A model generated the notes under the pieces. The model searched no databases. It saw nothing but the letters and a program-made list of their open reading frames with translations, and was not told the origin of the DNA. From the human T2T-CHM13v2.0 reference genome, Homo sapiens: a stretch of 64,000 nt of DNA. Within the stretch, counting starts at the first letter, position 1. The number at the start of each line of letters is the position of its first letter. This document shows, in pieces, positions 31,717 through 42,849 of this stretch. The position numbers were made by a program, and so were the translations under genes. The stretch lies in NCBI RefSeq assembly GCF_009914755.1, contig NC_060925.1; one strand, given 5' to 3'.

Positions 31717-31722
31717 TTTATT
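31717..31722 (-). terminator. Distal LUZP1 polyadenylation signal
   Basis: TTTATT on + = AATAAA on -; followed on - by U/GU-rich ctttgtttcagctctttttgtgtt. Confidence 0.65.
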
Positions 31723-31824
31723 CCTGATTCCCTCCATGGGTATGTGCTAAAACTTCCCAATTCTACTAAAGGTGGTGGTGTACATTTTGGGAAGCGCACT
31801 ACATAGGATCAAGGGCTTAGGTAA

Positions 31825-32230
31825 CAGCTGGTTTAACAGATTGCCACAAACTTAGTGGCTCTTAAAAAAACAGAAATCTATTCGAAAGTTCTGGATGCTT
31901 AAAGTCTAAAATGGGTCCACAGGGCTGCATTCATTACAGAGGCTCTCAGAGCAGGGAGGATCAGTTCATTTCCTTGCTCTTTTCAGCTTCTAGGTGTGGG
32001 AAGGCTCGTGGCTCCTTCCTCCATCCTCAGAGCACATAACTCCAGTTTCTGCTTCCATCATCACATTGCCTTCTCCTGTAGTCAAATCTTTTGTCTCTCT
32101 CTTAAAAGGATACTACCTGTGATTACATTTAAGGCCCACCTGGATCATCTAGGATGTTCTGCCTCATCCCAGCATCCTTATCTGCAAAGTCCCTTTTGCC
32201 ATATAAGATGATAAAAACATGTTACATGCT
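31825..32230 (-). mobile_element. MLT1-type (ERVL-MaLR) solo LTR at the distal end of the LUZP1 3'UTR
   Basis: ccacaaacttagtggc..aaaa..cagaaat, gttctgga, gattacatttaaggcccacctggat, atctgcaaagtcccttttgccatataag. Confidence 0.8.
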
Positions 32231-32317
32231 GGTTCCTTCCCAGGGGCTCCTGACTGACTGACAGATAGATGATAAACACTGTTACTGCAAATCCAAGTAA
32301 TGTCCCTTAAATGTGGT

Positions 32318-32323
32318 TTTATT
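32318..32323 (-). terminator. Candidate major LUZP1 polyadenylation signal (others at 32651, 32933, 32990, 33228, 35385)
   Basis: AATAAA on -; GU-rich cagtgtttatc downstream on -. Confidence 0.55.
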
Positions 32324-35300
32324 CTTTCTTACTGTGAGTTAAGGGACATCATTATATATATTGGTGATCTGACTGGAAGATGAAAACGGAGAAGGCTTTT
32401 CCCCCCCCTAGTCTTAGAATTCGTGGCAGTAATGGAAAGAATCTGCACACCAGGATCAGGGCAGTTAATGTTTCCAGTCCTTGCAGTATCAGTAATTGGT
32501 TAGGTAAAATACCCAATTTTAAGTATTACACAATGAAATAAATAAATATACTAGAGCTGCGCCAACGCATAGAAGACAGATGATACACAGGGATGACATT
32601 GACAAAACTGGCATCACAGACTCGCACAGAGTATACGGAAACGAGGGAGCTTTATTGGTTACATATTGTACTGCAGAGCCAACAGAGAGCATTCGCGCCA
32701 GAGGATACATGCAGACAGGCAGCTCCAATGATACACATGCACCCAAGGAGCCCTGAGCCACTGCTTTGCCCTGGTTTCCAGCGACAGGTTCTGGCCTCCT
32801 TGGTCCCATGCTTGGAGCTGCTGCACCTAGACTCTAAGGGGCAGGGGTGAGAGAGACCAGAGCACCTGCCTGAGCAAGTAGGTGTGGACCAACAGGCTGC
32901 CCCCAACAAAGGGGCCTATAATGCAATAACAGTTTATTTGAGGGCTACTTTCTTAGCCCTCTCAATCTTTAAAATACAAAAAAATAGACTTTATTCTCTT
33001 AAAAATACATTCCATTCAGTATATGTTCTGAGCTGGGAAGCAGCAGGAAAATAGGGCCCCTTTCCTATGATCCTATGGTTGTGAGGCTTTGAGGAGAACC
33101 CTGCTCCCCACTCGGGGTATTCAAAAAATAATCCCTAAAAGCAGCTCTTTCCAAAGCAATCTTGTCAGAGAAATAACAAAACCTCATAACAAGGTAGCCA
33201 GGGACCCAGCCTCTGGGTCCCCATTCCTTTATTGGGAAGTGGTAGCACTTGGCACTGACCCACTAAATATAAAGAACTAAAACTGCCCCAGGACGACAAG
33301 TCCAAGAACACTATAGTGCCCCCTGCATCCCGAACACTCCACTGACGGGGGTTATTTATGTGCAAGCTTGCCTACAGCTGAGGGTGGGGTGGCATCCTTG
33401 GCCCCACTGCAGATCCCTTTAACCCACACTGTGACTCTTTCTCATTGCCACCCAAAAGCAAAAAACAGCCACAGCTTCTTTATCCACCTGCAGCTTTCTC
33501 TGGTTTAGTATCAGAGTGGCAAAAAAAGCAGCAGCACGTGGAAGAGATCAGCTGCTGGTACTAAGCCAGCTTCACTTCCTCCAACCAAGCAGCTCTATTG
33601 CCAGGTCCCCCAACTCACTAGGAACCCTCCAACAACCATACACCTGCCAGTAAAATTTAAGAGCCAAGCTGCGGAAGAAAACTGTCATAAAAGTGGGTTT
33701 GTTGACCGGGGGCAGTGGGACTATTTGGCTTGATTAAACAACTATTCAACTACCAGGTCTCCCCTCTACTTGGAGGCTTCCTCCAGGACCCCTGATGATG
33801 AGGCCTGGGTCCAAACAGTCACACCTCAGTTGCTTTTCAGAAACATGCCTCCCAACTTTGGGATTTGAGAGCCAGCCTTGCCAGCCATTTGAAGCCCAGA
33901 GAAACAGCCTCCAGCCTTTACTTGCTATTACAATGTTATTTTCTGCAATGCTGAGGACACTTAAAAATAAAATCTATCTAGAAAGTGTGCAGATTAAAGA
34001 AACAAAATATCCTGAAATAACTGTTACAAGCAAATCCTATTGCACTCAGATTTCAAGATGGCAGCCCCAGCAAAAGGGCATCACAGCTGTCCCTCTTCAA
34101 CAGGACATTTTGAGTAGCAGCAGATGTTGGTGCTGCTGAAATGTGGAAAGATCCAGACTTTGGCACCAGGAGCTATAGCACCAGAATCCAGGGCTCCAAC
34201 ACCCAAAGACAAGAATTATTGGCGAGATCTTTTTAGGCATGGCTTGGCGCCCTTCTGTTTCCATCAGCAGAGAAGAGCCACAGACTTAGTTTCCTAATAC
34301 CTTTAGTTGACCACCACAGAGGTTGATTTTCTTTGAACTCTCAAGGTTGCCAACCAGTGAAGGAGAATGGCAGGGAGGCTGCAAGTGAAGGATGGCAGCC
34401 TTGAGTGAGCTAGTTTCTGGCCAGTAAGCCAGGAGAAGCAGCAGTAAGAGATCTTGGAAATAGCATCTTGAGCATCAGAGGTGGGGATGTGGACAGGAAA
34501 GGCAGGCCACATGACAATGCCTTTAGATTGGCAAAACTCTGGGAAGCAGAAGTATGAGCAATAGATTCCTGTCCCTGAAAGTAAGGTAGGTGCTCCCCAA
34601 GCCTCCTCACTGCCAAATCTGATACAGACAAGGGCAGGATGAACACTGGTTCCCATGCTGAGTGAAGGCAGAGAAGACAAATTCCTCTGGAGGAAGTCTT
34701 GAGTCTTCCTCTTGCCAGGAAATTCATAGGAGATGCACAGGAACAGGAGATACACAGACTTGGGTACTTTCCATAATACCTAGACTCCTAGAACGCCAGG
34801 AGATACTGTGTGGCACTGGGCAAGGCTGATGCCACAAAGAGCCTCAGAGACCATCCCATCTAATCCCTTCACACTTTGCAGACTGGGAAACAGGCCCACG
34901 GAGCTTCTCTGAGCTCATCCCCATGAGATTAAAACATACAGAAACTAAAAAACAAGGCCCAGAAAAACAATTGAGGGCAGGAGGGAAGAACCCACACGGA
35001 TGATACCTTCCACAAGCAAAAATCATCCCATACTATTATAGATGGTGAAAACAGGAGAACCTTAGAATACCAGATTTGGTGCCCTTAGAGATCATCCATT
35101 TCAAAGAACTCATTTTACAGACAGGGAAACTGAGGCTCCAAGAAGACAATGACTCACCCAAGGTCACACAGCAAGGAAGTAAAGCCATGGGGAAAAAAAT
35201 CCAGCTTACCAGACTGGTAGTTTAATGTTCTCTCATTCTGAGGGCAATAGTGTCTACTTCATAAAGGTAGCCTTTGAAAGAGGATCCCTTCTTTGAATTG

Positions 35301-36563
35301 ACAGAATGCTAAAGAAAAAGCACTGCCAAGAATATACAATTCTTTTCAACTTCCCCATGTGACTGGTATAAGGAACCTAACCAATTTATTTACGTGGCTT
35401 TCTGAAAAGTTTGCTGCATTTTGAACTATATAAAGCTGAGGCCCTCAATGCGTATGTACGTATCACCTTTCCTCCAGCGAAGTCATCATGATAGTCGACT
35501 TGCAGAAATCCGGGGCCCACTTCTGTAGGAATGCATCAGCTTGGTAAAGTGCGATGCCTCCTCCATGGGGGATGGAGAAGGAGGAACAGGAGGGAGTAGT
35601 CTCACAGTCCATGCCTCTCATGGAGCTATTGCTTGTGGAGTGACTAAAGGGGTCTGCTTTCCCTCTTGCTGGGCACTTCCTAGAAGGCAGAGGATGCTGG
35701 GTCAGGCCCAGCTTAGCCTAGGGATTTTCCCAAGGTGGAAACAATGAAGTCAGCTTGAAGTCTCCAGCCACTGGAGAGAAAGCAGGCGATGCCAGCAGCA
35801 TTACTGGTGCTCAGGAAAGGAGATGCATGAGGCTTGCACCTCCAGGTGCCTTTGGAAGGTGAGCAGAGAGAGCTGGGGTTGGGGAGGGATGATGTCATTC
35901 CAATGGGTATCCGCATGAGTATCTGCATGCTCTGCTTCCAGGAGACTGGTAAGCCAGGAGCCAGGTCAAACTTCAACCTAAAGGGTAGTCTCATAATCCT
36001 TTAGAGGCAGCACAGACCCCTTTCTGCTTTAAGTCTGAAGAAAAGAACTCCAAGGGGAAAGAAATGAAAGCCCCCTAGATAGAGCTGATGGCTGGTAAAT
36101 CTTATGGGGTACTTGAGCCCATTGGGCAAATGAGGAGTGAAGTGGATATAGTGAGGAGACTGAGAAACCAGAACATTAACCACACAGACAGAGGCTGCCC
36201 TAGGATCCAGAAACAACCCACCAAGGAGCCGAGAAGAATTTTTGACTCCTGCTGTGTGCTGGGGACTTTATCTTCCCCTGTTTGGGGGCCAGAATGGTCC
36301 AACTACTTGGTGGACAGGGACAAGGAGAGAGAGAGGACTCGTGCATTGGGGAAGGTTGGGCCTGGGTGACTGTCCAGCTTGTAGTCTCTGATTCCCTCTG
36401 GCCAAATGGCAAAAATTACCTGAGCCACAGCCCGGCTCTACCACAGTTTTCCAGCCAAGGCTTGTGTCTTGCCTGGTTAACTGGCCTTGGATCCTTCGTG
36501 GGGCAGGACGGTGGAAGAGCTGAGAAGCAGGAGCAGAGGGCAGACAACAGACACCCAGCGGGC

Positions 36564-36722
36564 TCAGTTCTCCTCAGCACAGGGCCTGGTTGGCCGTAAT
36601 CGTTCCTCGGCCCGTACTCGCCCAGACTCTGGCAGCCCCTGCTTCCCAGGCAGTTCAGACGGATCCAGGGAGTTGTGCAGTTGCCTGTAGACACTGAGTG
36701 TACAGTCTTCCCCTTCTTCCTC
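36564..36722 (-). CDS. LUZP1: LUZP1 last coding exon ([10 protein letters not shown]...RPCAEEN*, 52 aa)
   Basis: tttattggcacag|GAG acceptor, phase 0; 1024+52 = 1076 aa, the canonical LUZP1 length. Confidence 0.92.
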   Translation of the reverse strand, partial: EEEGEDCTLSVYRQLHNSLDPSELPGKQGLPESGRVRAEERLRPTRPCAEEN

Positions 36723-37239
36723 CTGTGCCAATAAATAACAAAAGTGAGCTGTGGAGGTCAGTAAAGTGAGGACCGAGACACCCTCACCTGCTACCATAGT
36801 GGGTCCTTTCCAACCCAGCAGAGGCAGATATAGCCCAGACAGGCCATAAGTTAACTGCAAAGATATGCTTTTGCCTGAGTATGGGCCAATATGTAAATTC
36901 CTTGGAAATCGGCAGACTGGGAACTCCAAGCTGCTGGGAACAATCAGGGTAGGCTAGGAGGAGGCTCACAACTCAACAGGAGCCTTACAGAGGATAGAGC
37001 CTGGAATGGGGGCATGGGACTAGCACCCCTGAGGAGGGGCCAGCAGTCTCCGAGTTCTGCACATGCATGCAGGCCGCATGATTCTGGGGATGAGGTCCAC
37101 ATCCTTGATGGGGAGCTGAAGAGAGGTCCGGACAGCTCTCTTCCTCCTTCCCACATACAAACTACCAAAAAGCTCACATTCCCGTCTCTCATCCTTTATC
37201 TCTCCTCTTAAATGTCCAAAGCTTCAGGGGCCCAAATAG

Positions 37240-37727
<488 letters not shown>

Positions 37728-38862
37728 AGAATTCTACCTTTTTAATATTCTCCTTGGTTCTCCCAAGCAAATGCAGATCAAAGAATAACATAGGCATGAG
37801 TAAGAAAGGTTAGCAGAGTAGAAAGAGCATTGGATTTAGAGACAGGAATCTTGGATTCAAGTCTTCGCTCTTCCAGTAATTCTGCTGGGTGACCTTAGGT
37901 AAGATATTTTGTGTTTCTGACCCTTAGCTTCTACATCTGAAAAATGGGGATAATATCTGCCCCCAGGCAGATATTCAAGGGACTGAATAAGATAGTGGGT
38001 AGTGAAGTACTTTTGTCCAGTGTTAAGTACCCTGTAAAGAGTCACAGGGCTTTTCAAGTTAACAGAGTCATCTGCTTTTTTAAAGAAGGGAGCACTGTGT
38101 CCAGGTCCAAGAAGTTTTTCATCATCACAGGTTTCTCATCAAAAAGACACTCCCAGGGGCTTCTCCAGATGCTGTTCTGACACCCTGAGCCTCACACTCA
38201 CATAAGGCAGGTGGTTCTGGATTTATCAAAGCTGTAATGAGCTATACTGAACCAGCCCTGCCCTCAGACTGATAATATGAGACAGACAGCTGTCTGGGGG
38301 GCAAAAGAAAGTGTCACTTGGAATTGGGTATACGCTTATCTAAAATAGGCCCAGTGTAAGCCCCGGCTCTCCTCATCCCTGAGAGGCCAGCAGCCTGTGA
38401 AGATCTGCTAACTGAGGCGGCCGAGAACTTGCTGACCTGGCTCCCCCTCACTGTGCCCTACAGAAAGGGCACCGGGCCTCCTCCTGTTGCCCAGAGCTCC
38501 CCATCAGCTGCAGCTGCTTCTTGTGCTTTTCATGCTGTTCTGAGGGCCTACGGGGAGCTCCTTTAGCTGCTCTGGCAAACCAAGGGAAGAGAAGACAGAT
38601 TTCCTTTTTATGTCACCTTCATATACGAGAGCAAAATGAAGACAACAAATTGGAAAAGGGATTTTGGAAAGTGATGCTGCCAAAAACCTTCTTTAGGAGA
38701 AAGGTCAAACCCCCCTGATTTTTCAACAGTTCTCTAAGGAACCCAGTTCTACTCAGTTCTCAAGATCCTGGGTCACACAGGCCAGAGCAGAGGGGAAAAA
38801 GGAAAAGGCAAAGAAGGAAAAGGGAGGGAGAAAAGAGAGAGGGGAGAGAGGCTGGAACTCAC

Positions 38863-41800
38863 CATGCTTGCTGAGTGGTTCCAGGCTGCGACAGTGATGG
38901 TGTCTCCTACCCGATTCCGACGGGTAAGCACCTCTGACACAGTGAGGCTACTTTGGGTCCTTCTGGAGGAGGGCTCAGGGGCATCCCCTGAACTTGGTCC
39001 TACCCTTCGAGTGCCCTGCTCAAAAAGGCAGGACCTGGGCTGTTCGAGTTCTGAGAAGTCTGTGGAAGACCTCTGGGTGTAGGCATTGCTATTGGTAGAT
39101 TCCACGTTTTTACCTATTCGAGTTGGGGGGTCTTCTAAAGATTTCAAGTCTCGCCTACTCTTCCAGGCATTCCGCACAGTAACATGTCTGGCATCTGAGA
39201 AGCCCACTTCTGAAGGGGCACTATGGCTTTTCCACCTGATTGTCTCCGCTGGAGGTGCATGGCTATTCCTCTCCACAGGATCCGATGGCTTGATTATAAT
39301 GCTGCTCCGAGAGACCACTGTTTCTGGCCTGTTCTTCAGGGGCCCATCTGCCATTCTCTCCGCTTCTGCAAGCTGCAGGGTGATGTCATGTTTGTGAATG
39401 GAGAGCTCAAAAGGGGAGCTGACATGGTTGCTAACTGATGTGAGCTCTGCCAGCCCCACCTGGATATTGCTAGTGGATGTGTGCCTCTCCCTCAGGGCCT
39501 CACCCGGAGCAGCTCTGGGGCTGCTGCTGTCAGATGGATATATAGTAATGCTACTTGTCACTTTGTTTGGCCCTGGTTTGGAGACGGGTTTCTGTTTCTC
39601 CAACGTAGTCTCTGTTCCAGATCCTCCCATGATTTTTTTCACATCCTTATCAACAATAACAGGTTTGATGATGGCTCTAGACCGCAACGCCTCTCTGGGG
39701 CTAAAGGGCCTTTGGCTTTTTACCCCAGCACCATTGGTATCTGGGAGCTCCATGGTATTGGTGGAGGCTCTGACAGATTTCACAGATTCATTCTCCATTC
39801 CAGCATCTTTATCATTCTCAAATAGGGAGGTTCTAGGTGCCCCTCGGGTTTTAGCCTTTTCTCTAGAGTTAGGCTGTGGTTTGGGCTCTGGCTCTGGAGT
39901 GATGGTTGTATTTACCAACTTGGCAGTAACAAGAGATGCTATGTCCAAGTCATCATCTGAGTCTGGCTTCTCTCTGCCACTGGATTTGATGACTCGACAC
40001 CTCAAGGCTTCATGCGGACTGCTGTCTTCCATCACAACTGCTGCAGGTTGATTAACCCCTTCTTTATGTGAGGTTGAAAATCCCTGAAGGATGTTCTCTT
40101 GGCTTCTACAGCTATAAGGATACTTCGATAGAACAGGAGCCTTGGAATTCGGGCAACTGTTATCAGCCTCAAGGCCATTGGCAGCCTTTTTGCCTTTAGA
40201 GAGCCCTTCTGAGGAGGATCTTCGAGATGAGGCCAGGGCTCCAATGGCCTTAGAACAGCCAGAGTTTGCAGCCTGAGTTACTTGACTTCCGTTGCCAAGC
40301 ACGTGTCCCCTCTTGCCAAAGACAGTCTCAGAGGAGGTGTCAGAAGCCTTGTCAGCTCTACCCAATGGGTCACTGGGAACAGATCCATGGGTGGTGTCAC
40401 TAAACGTTCGTGTTGTCTTCTCCACTTTTCCCTTCAGTCCACTCTCGGTGCCTGGCTTGGAAGTCCCCTTCCACGCTTTACTGTGCTCCTGAGCAGCCGG
40501 GGGGTAGCGACTCAGCACTGAGGGCTGCTCCCTAGACTTCTTCCCTTCGCTCTTGGAGGAGCTGGGTACAAACCGGTCTTCAGTTTTCTTTGTCTCCTGA
40601 GTCCCACTGTCTGTACTCACCCCCATGTGAGAAGCTTTTGCTGCCCTCCTGTTGGTGAAACTGGGAGAAGAAACCTGCCTGTTGCTCAGAGAATAGTTTT
40701 CATTGTTGAGAGCAAACTCCCTGTTCCGGAGTCGTTCCCGCTTATGCTGAGGAGACAGTTCCCGCGCTGTGTGCTTGGACACAGAAGCTTCACTTCCGTG
40801 GCCTCTAAACTTAGTCCTCTCATGTCTGCCTTTGCTGGACAGGAAAGCATCTTCCCCTTCTACCTCTCCATTTTCTAACTCTTTCTGTTTCTTGATTTGT
40901 AGCTTTATCTCCTCCAGTTGGCTGGCTAATAATTTGTTTTTATTTTGTTCACTTAGGTAATTATCCTGAAGGTCGTTATTTTTGGACTTCATTTTCTTAA
41001 GCTCTTCTTCCAACGATTCAAAGTGTTTGATTTGCGTCTTAAGTTTCTCAATCTCTTGGTTAAGGTCTTTGACTTTGTTGTCTTCCTGATTGCGGTTCTT
41101 TTCATTTTCTGATTTGTTTCTTGTTTCATTCTCTACCTGCTTTAGGTAGTCCAGACCACCCTTCCTTCTTGATTCTTTGGACGGCAGTGTGGAAGAGATG
41201 CCATCCTCAATCCGTAGGTCATTTCTTTCCAGATTAGAAGCATTCCTTGTATAATCTCGGTTCATTTTTTTGTTCTGCTCTAGTTTTTGAGTGAGTTCTT
41301 TTATCAATTTCTCATTTTCTTTCTCCTTTTCATTCAAGTATTTTCTCTCACTTACAAAGCTCAGAGTTAATGATTTCAGCTTTTCTAACTCTGACGCTAA
41401 ACTCTGCTCAGTTTTATCCAGGCGGTCCTCAGAAGATTCTAGTTCTTTCACTTTGACTCTGAGCATTTCCAGCTCAGAGGAGATTTTCTTGGTCAGATTT
41501 CTCTCCTCATTCAGGCTCAGACACAGCTGGGTACAGTCATTCTTACTCCTGCTGAAGGCCTCTTCTAGCTTCTCTAATTCAGCCATTCGTTTCTGAAGCC
41601 GCTCAATCTCAGATTTCAGCTCCCGGGTGAGGTTTTCTTCCTCTTCAAGTTTCTCCTTCATCAGACGACACAGATCCTCTGCTCTCTTAATTTCCTCGTC
41701 TTTGCCTTCAATTCTCAGCACCCGCTGGCGCAGCACTTCAATCTCCGCCAACATGCTGGAGTTGCTACCTTCTGCCTGAATCACCTTGTCCTGGAGATCC

Positions 41801-41934
41801 AGGAGTTCATCCTCTGCTTTCTGGAGGTTTTTTGTGGCTTCCTCCAACTCATCAAGGCGGCGGCTTAGACTCTGTAGCTTAAACCGCAAGTGGCGGCTGG
41901 AGGCCGTCTCCTTGTAGCTTGTAAATTCGGCCAT
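38863..41934 (-). CDS. LUZP1: LUZP1 (leucine zipper protein 1) main coding exon, codons 1-1024; the whole exon is 38863-42053 (3191 nt)
   Basis: ATG at 41934 in strong context GACATGG; [21 protein letters not shown]; long N-terminal coiled coil then Ser-rich disordered region; acceptor ttccttttgtag| at 42053, donor ATG|gtgagt at 38863. Confidence 0.97.
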
Positions 41935-42849
41935 GTCTACTGCCAGCCAATGTGGGCTCCTAGAGGCATCCAATTCCACTCAAGGGGATGAGAAATGGTT
42001 ACCTTTCTCTTGGCAACCACAATCTTCTTTGACAGCTGGAGACCATCATCAATCTACAAAAGGAAAGTAGAAAGCATGTCAGTCAGCAAATGTAAAACCT
42101 GCACGTTAGCTCCCAGTTATAGAAAAGTGCTCCTATCTGTTCCTGGTGCCTGGATCATAGCAGGGGCTCAAACCTGTTGAATGAATGACTTGAATAAACC
42201 TGCAAGAAAACACTGGTTCTTTATGGCCGATATTGAGTTGATACCTCATTTCGCCCTAATAAAGAATGTCACCAGTGGCAGCATGGCAAAAAGACATATA
42301 AGAAGCCTCAATTTTCATGGCAGGGTATAATAACATCATTACCATCTGCAACCTGCATAATCTCAGGAGAGTCATTAACAATGGAAACTAAGTCTCAGTT
42401 TTACTTAGTGGTAAAATGGGCATAATGATGTCTACCGTATTTCTCCCCAGTGTTGTTCTGAGATAATATGTGGAAGATCTTGGTAACAAAGCAATAAACA
42501 ATCCTAAGATTTTTTTTTTTAAAGATTATCTCTTATGAGCTATTGTGACTTAAAAGTGATACAAATTAACCCTCTGCCTTGCTATAAATGGTGAGCTTCA
42601 CAATATACTAAAACAATCTCTCTACACCCATTTTCAACATCTCTTCTCCCAAAAGTATATTTGTAAGTGGAATTCAGGTGTGAGTTGGCCCGACCCAGCC
42701 AACAGGCAGCTTCTACAAAACATATCCTTTTGCACTGTAAAAGAAATGCCCCAGATGTTAAGGTTGGTATGAAGACTGGTTTGTTTCTTTGAAAGCCATT
42801 TCACTGGGGATATATACCAAACATATAATAATACCCCAAGGAAATAGAG

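Larger units (their letters stand above)
31695..36563 (-). other. LUZP1: LUZP1 long 3'UTR
   Basis: Follows the LUZP1 stop at 36564; Alu-free; several AATAAA; distal end inferred. Confidence 0.7.

Noticed and set aside
35381-35435. CCAAT, TACGTG and TATATAAAG as an antisense promoter in the LUZP1 3'UTR
   Set aside because: Short motifs only; no CpG island or downstream exon structure.
39398-40051. 217-aa + strand ORF and other ORFs antisense to LUZP1
   Set aside because: Shadow ORFs of the coding strand, with no recognisable domain or splice context.
38773-41979. 1068-aa ORF taken as the LUZP1 protein
   Set aside because: It starts at a GTG 15 codons upstream of the strong ATG and runs past the splice donor; the spliced product is 1076 aa.
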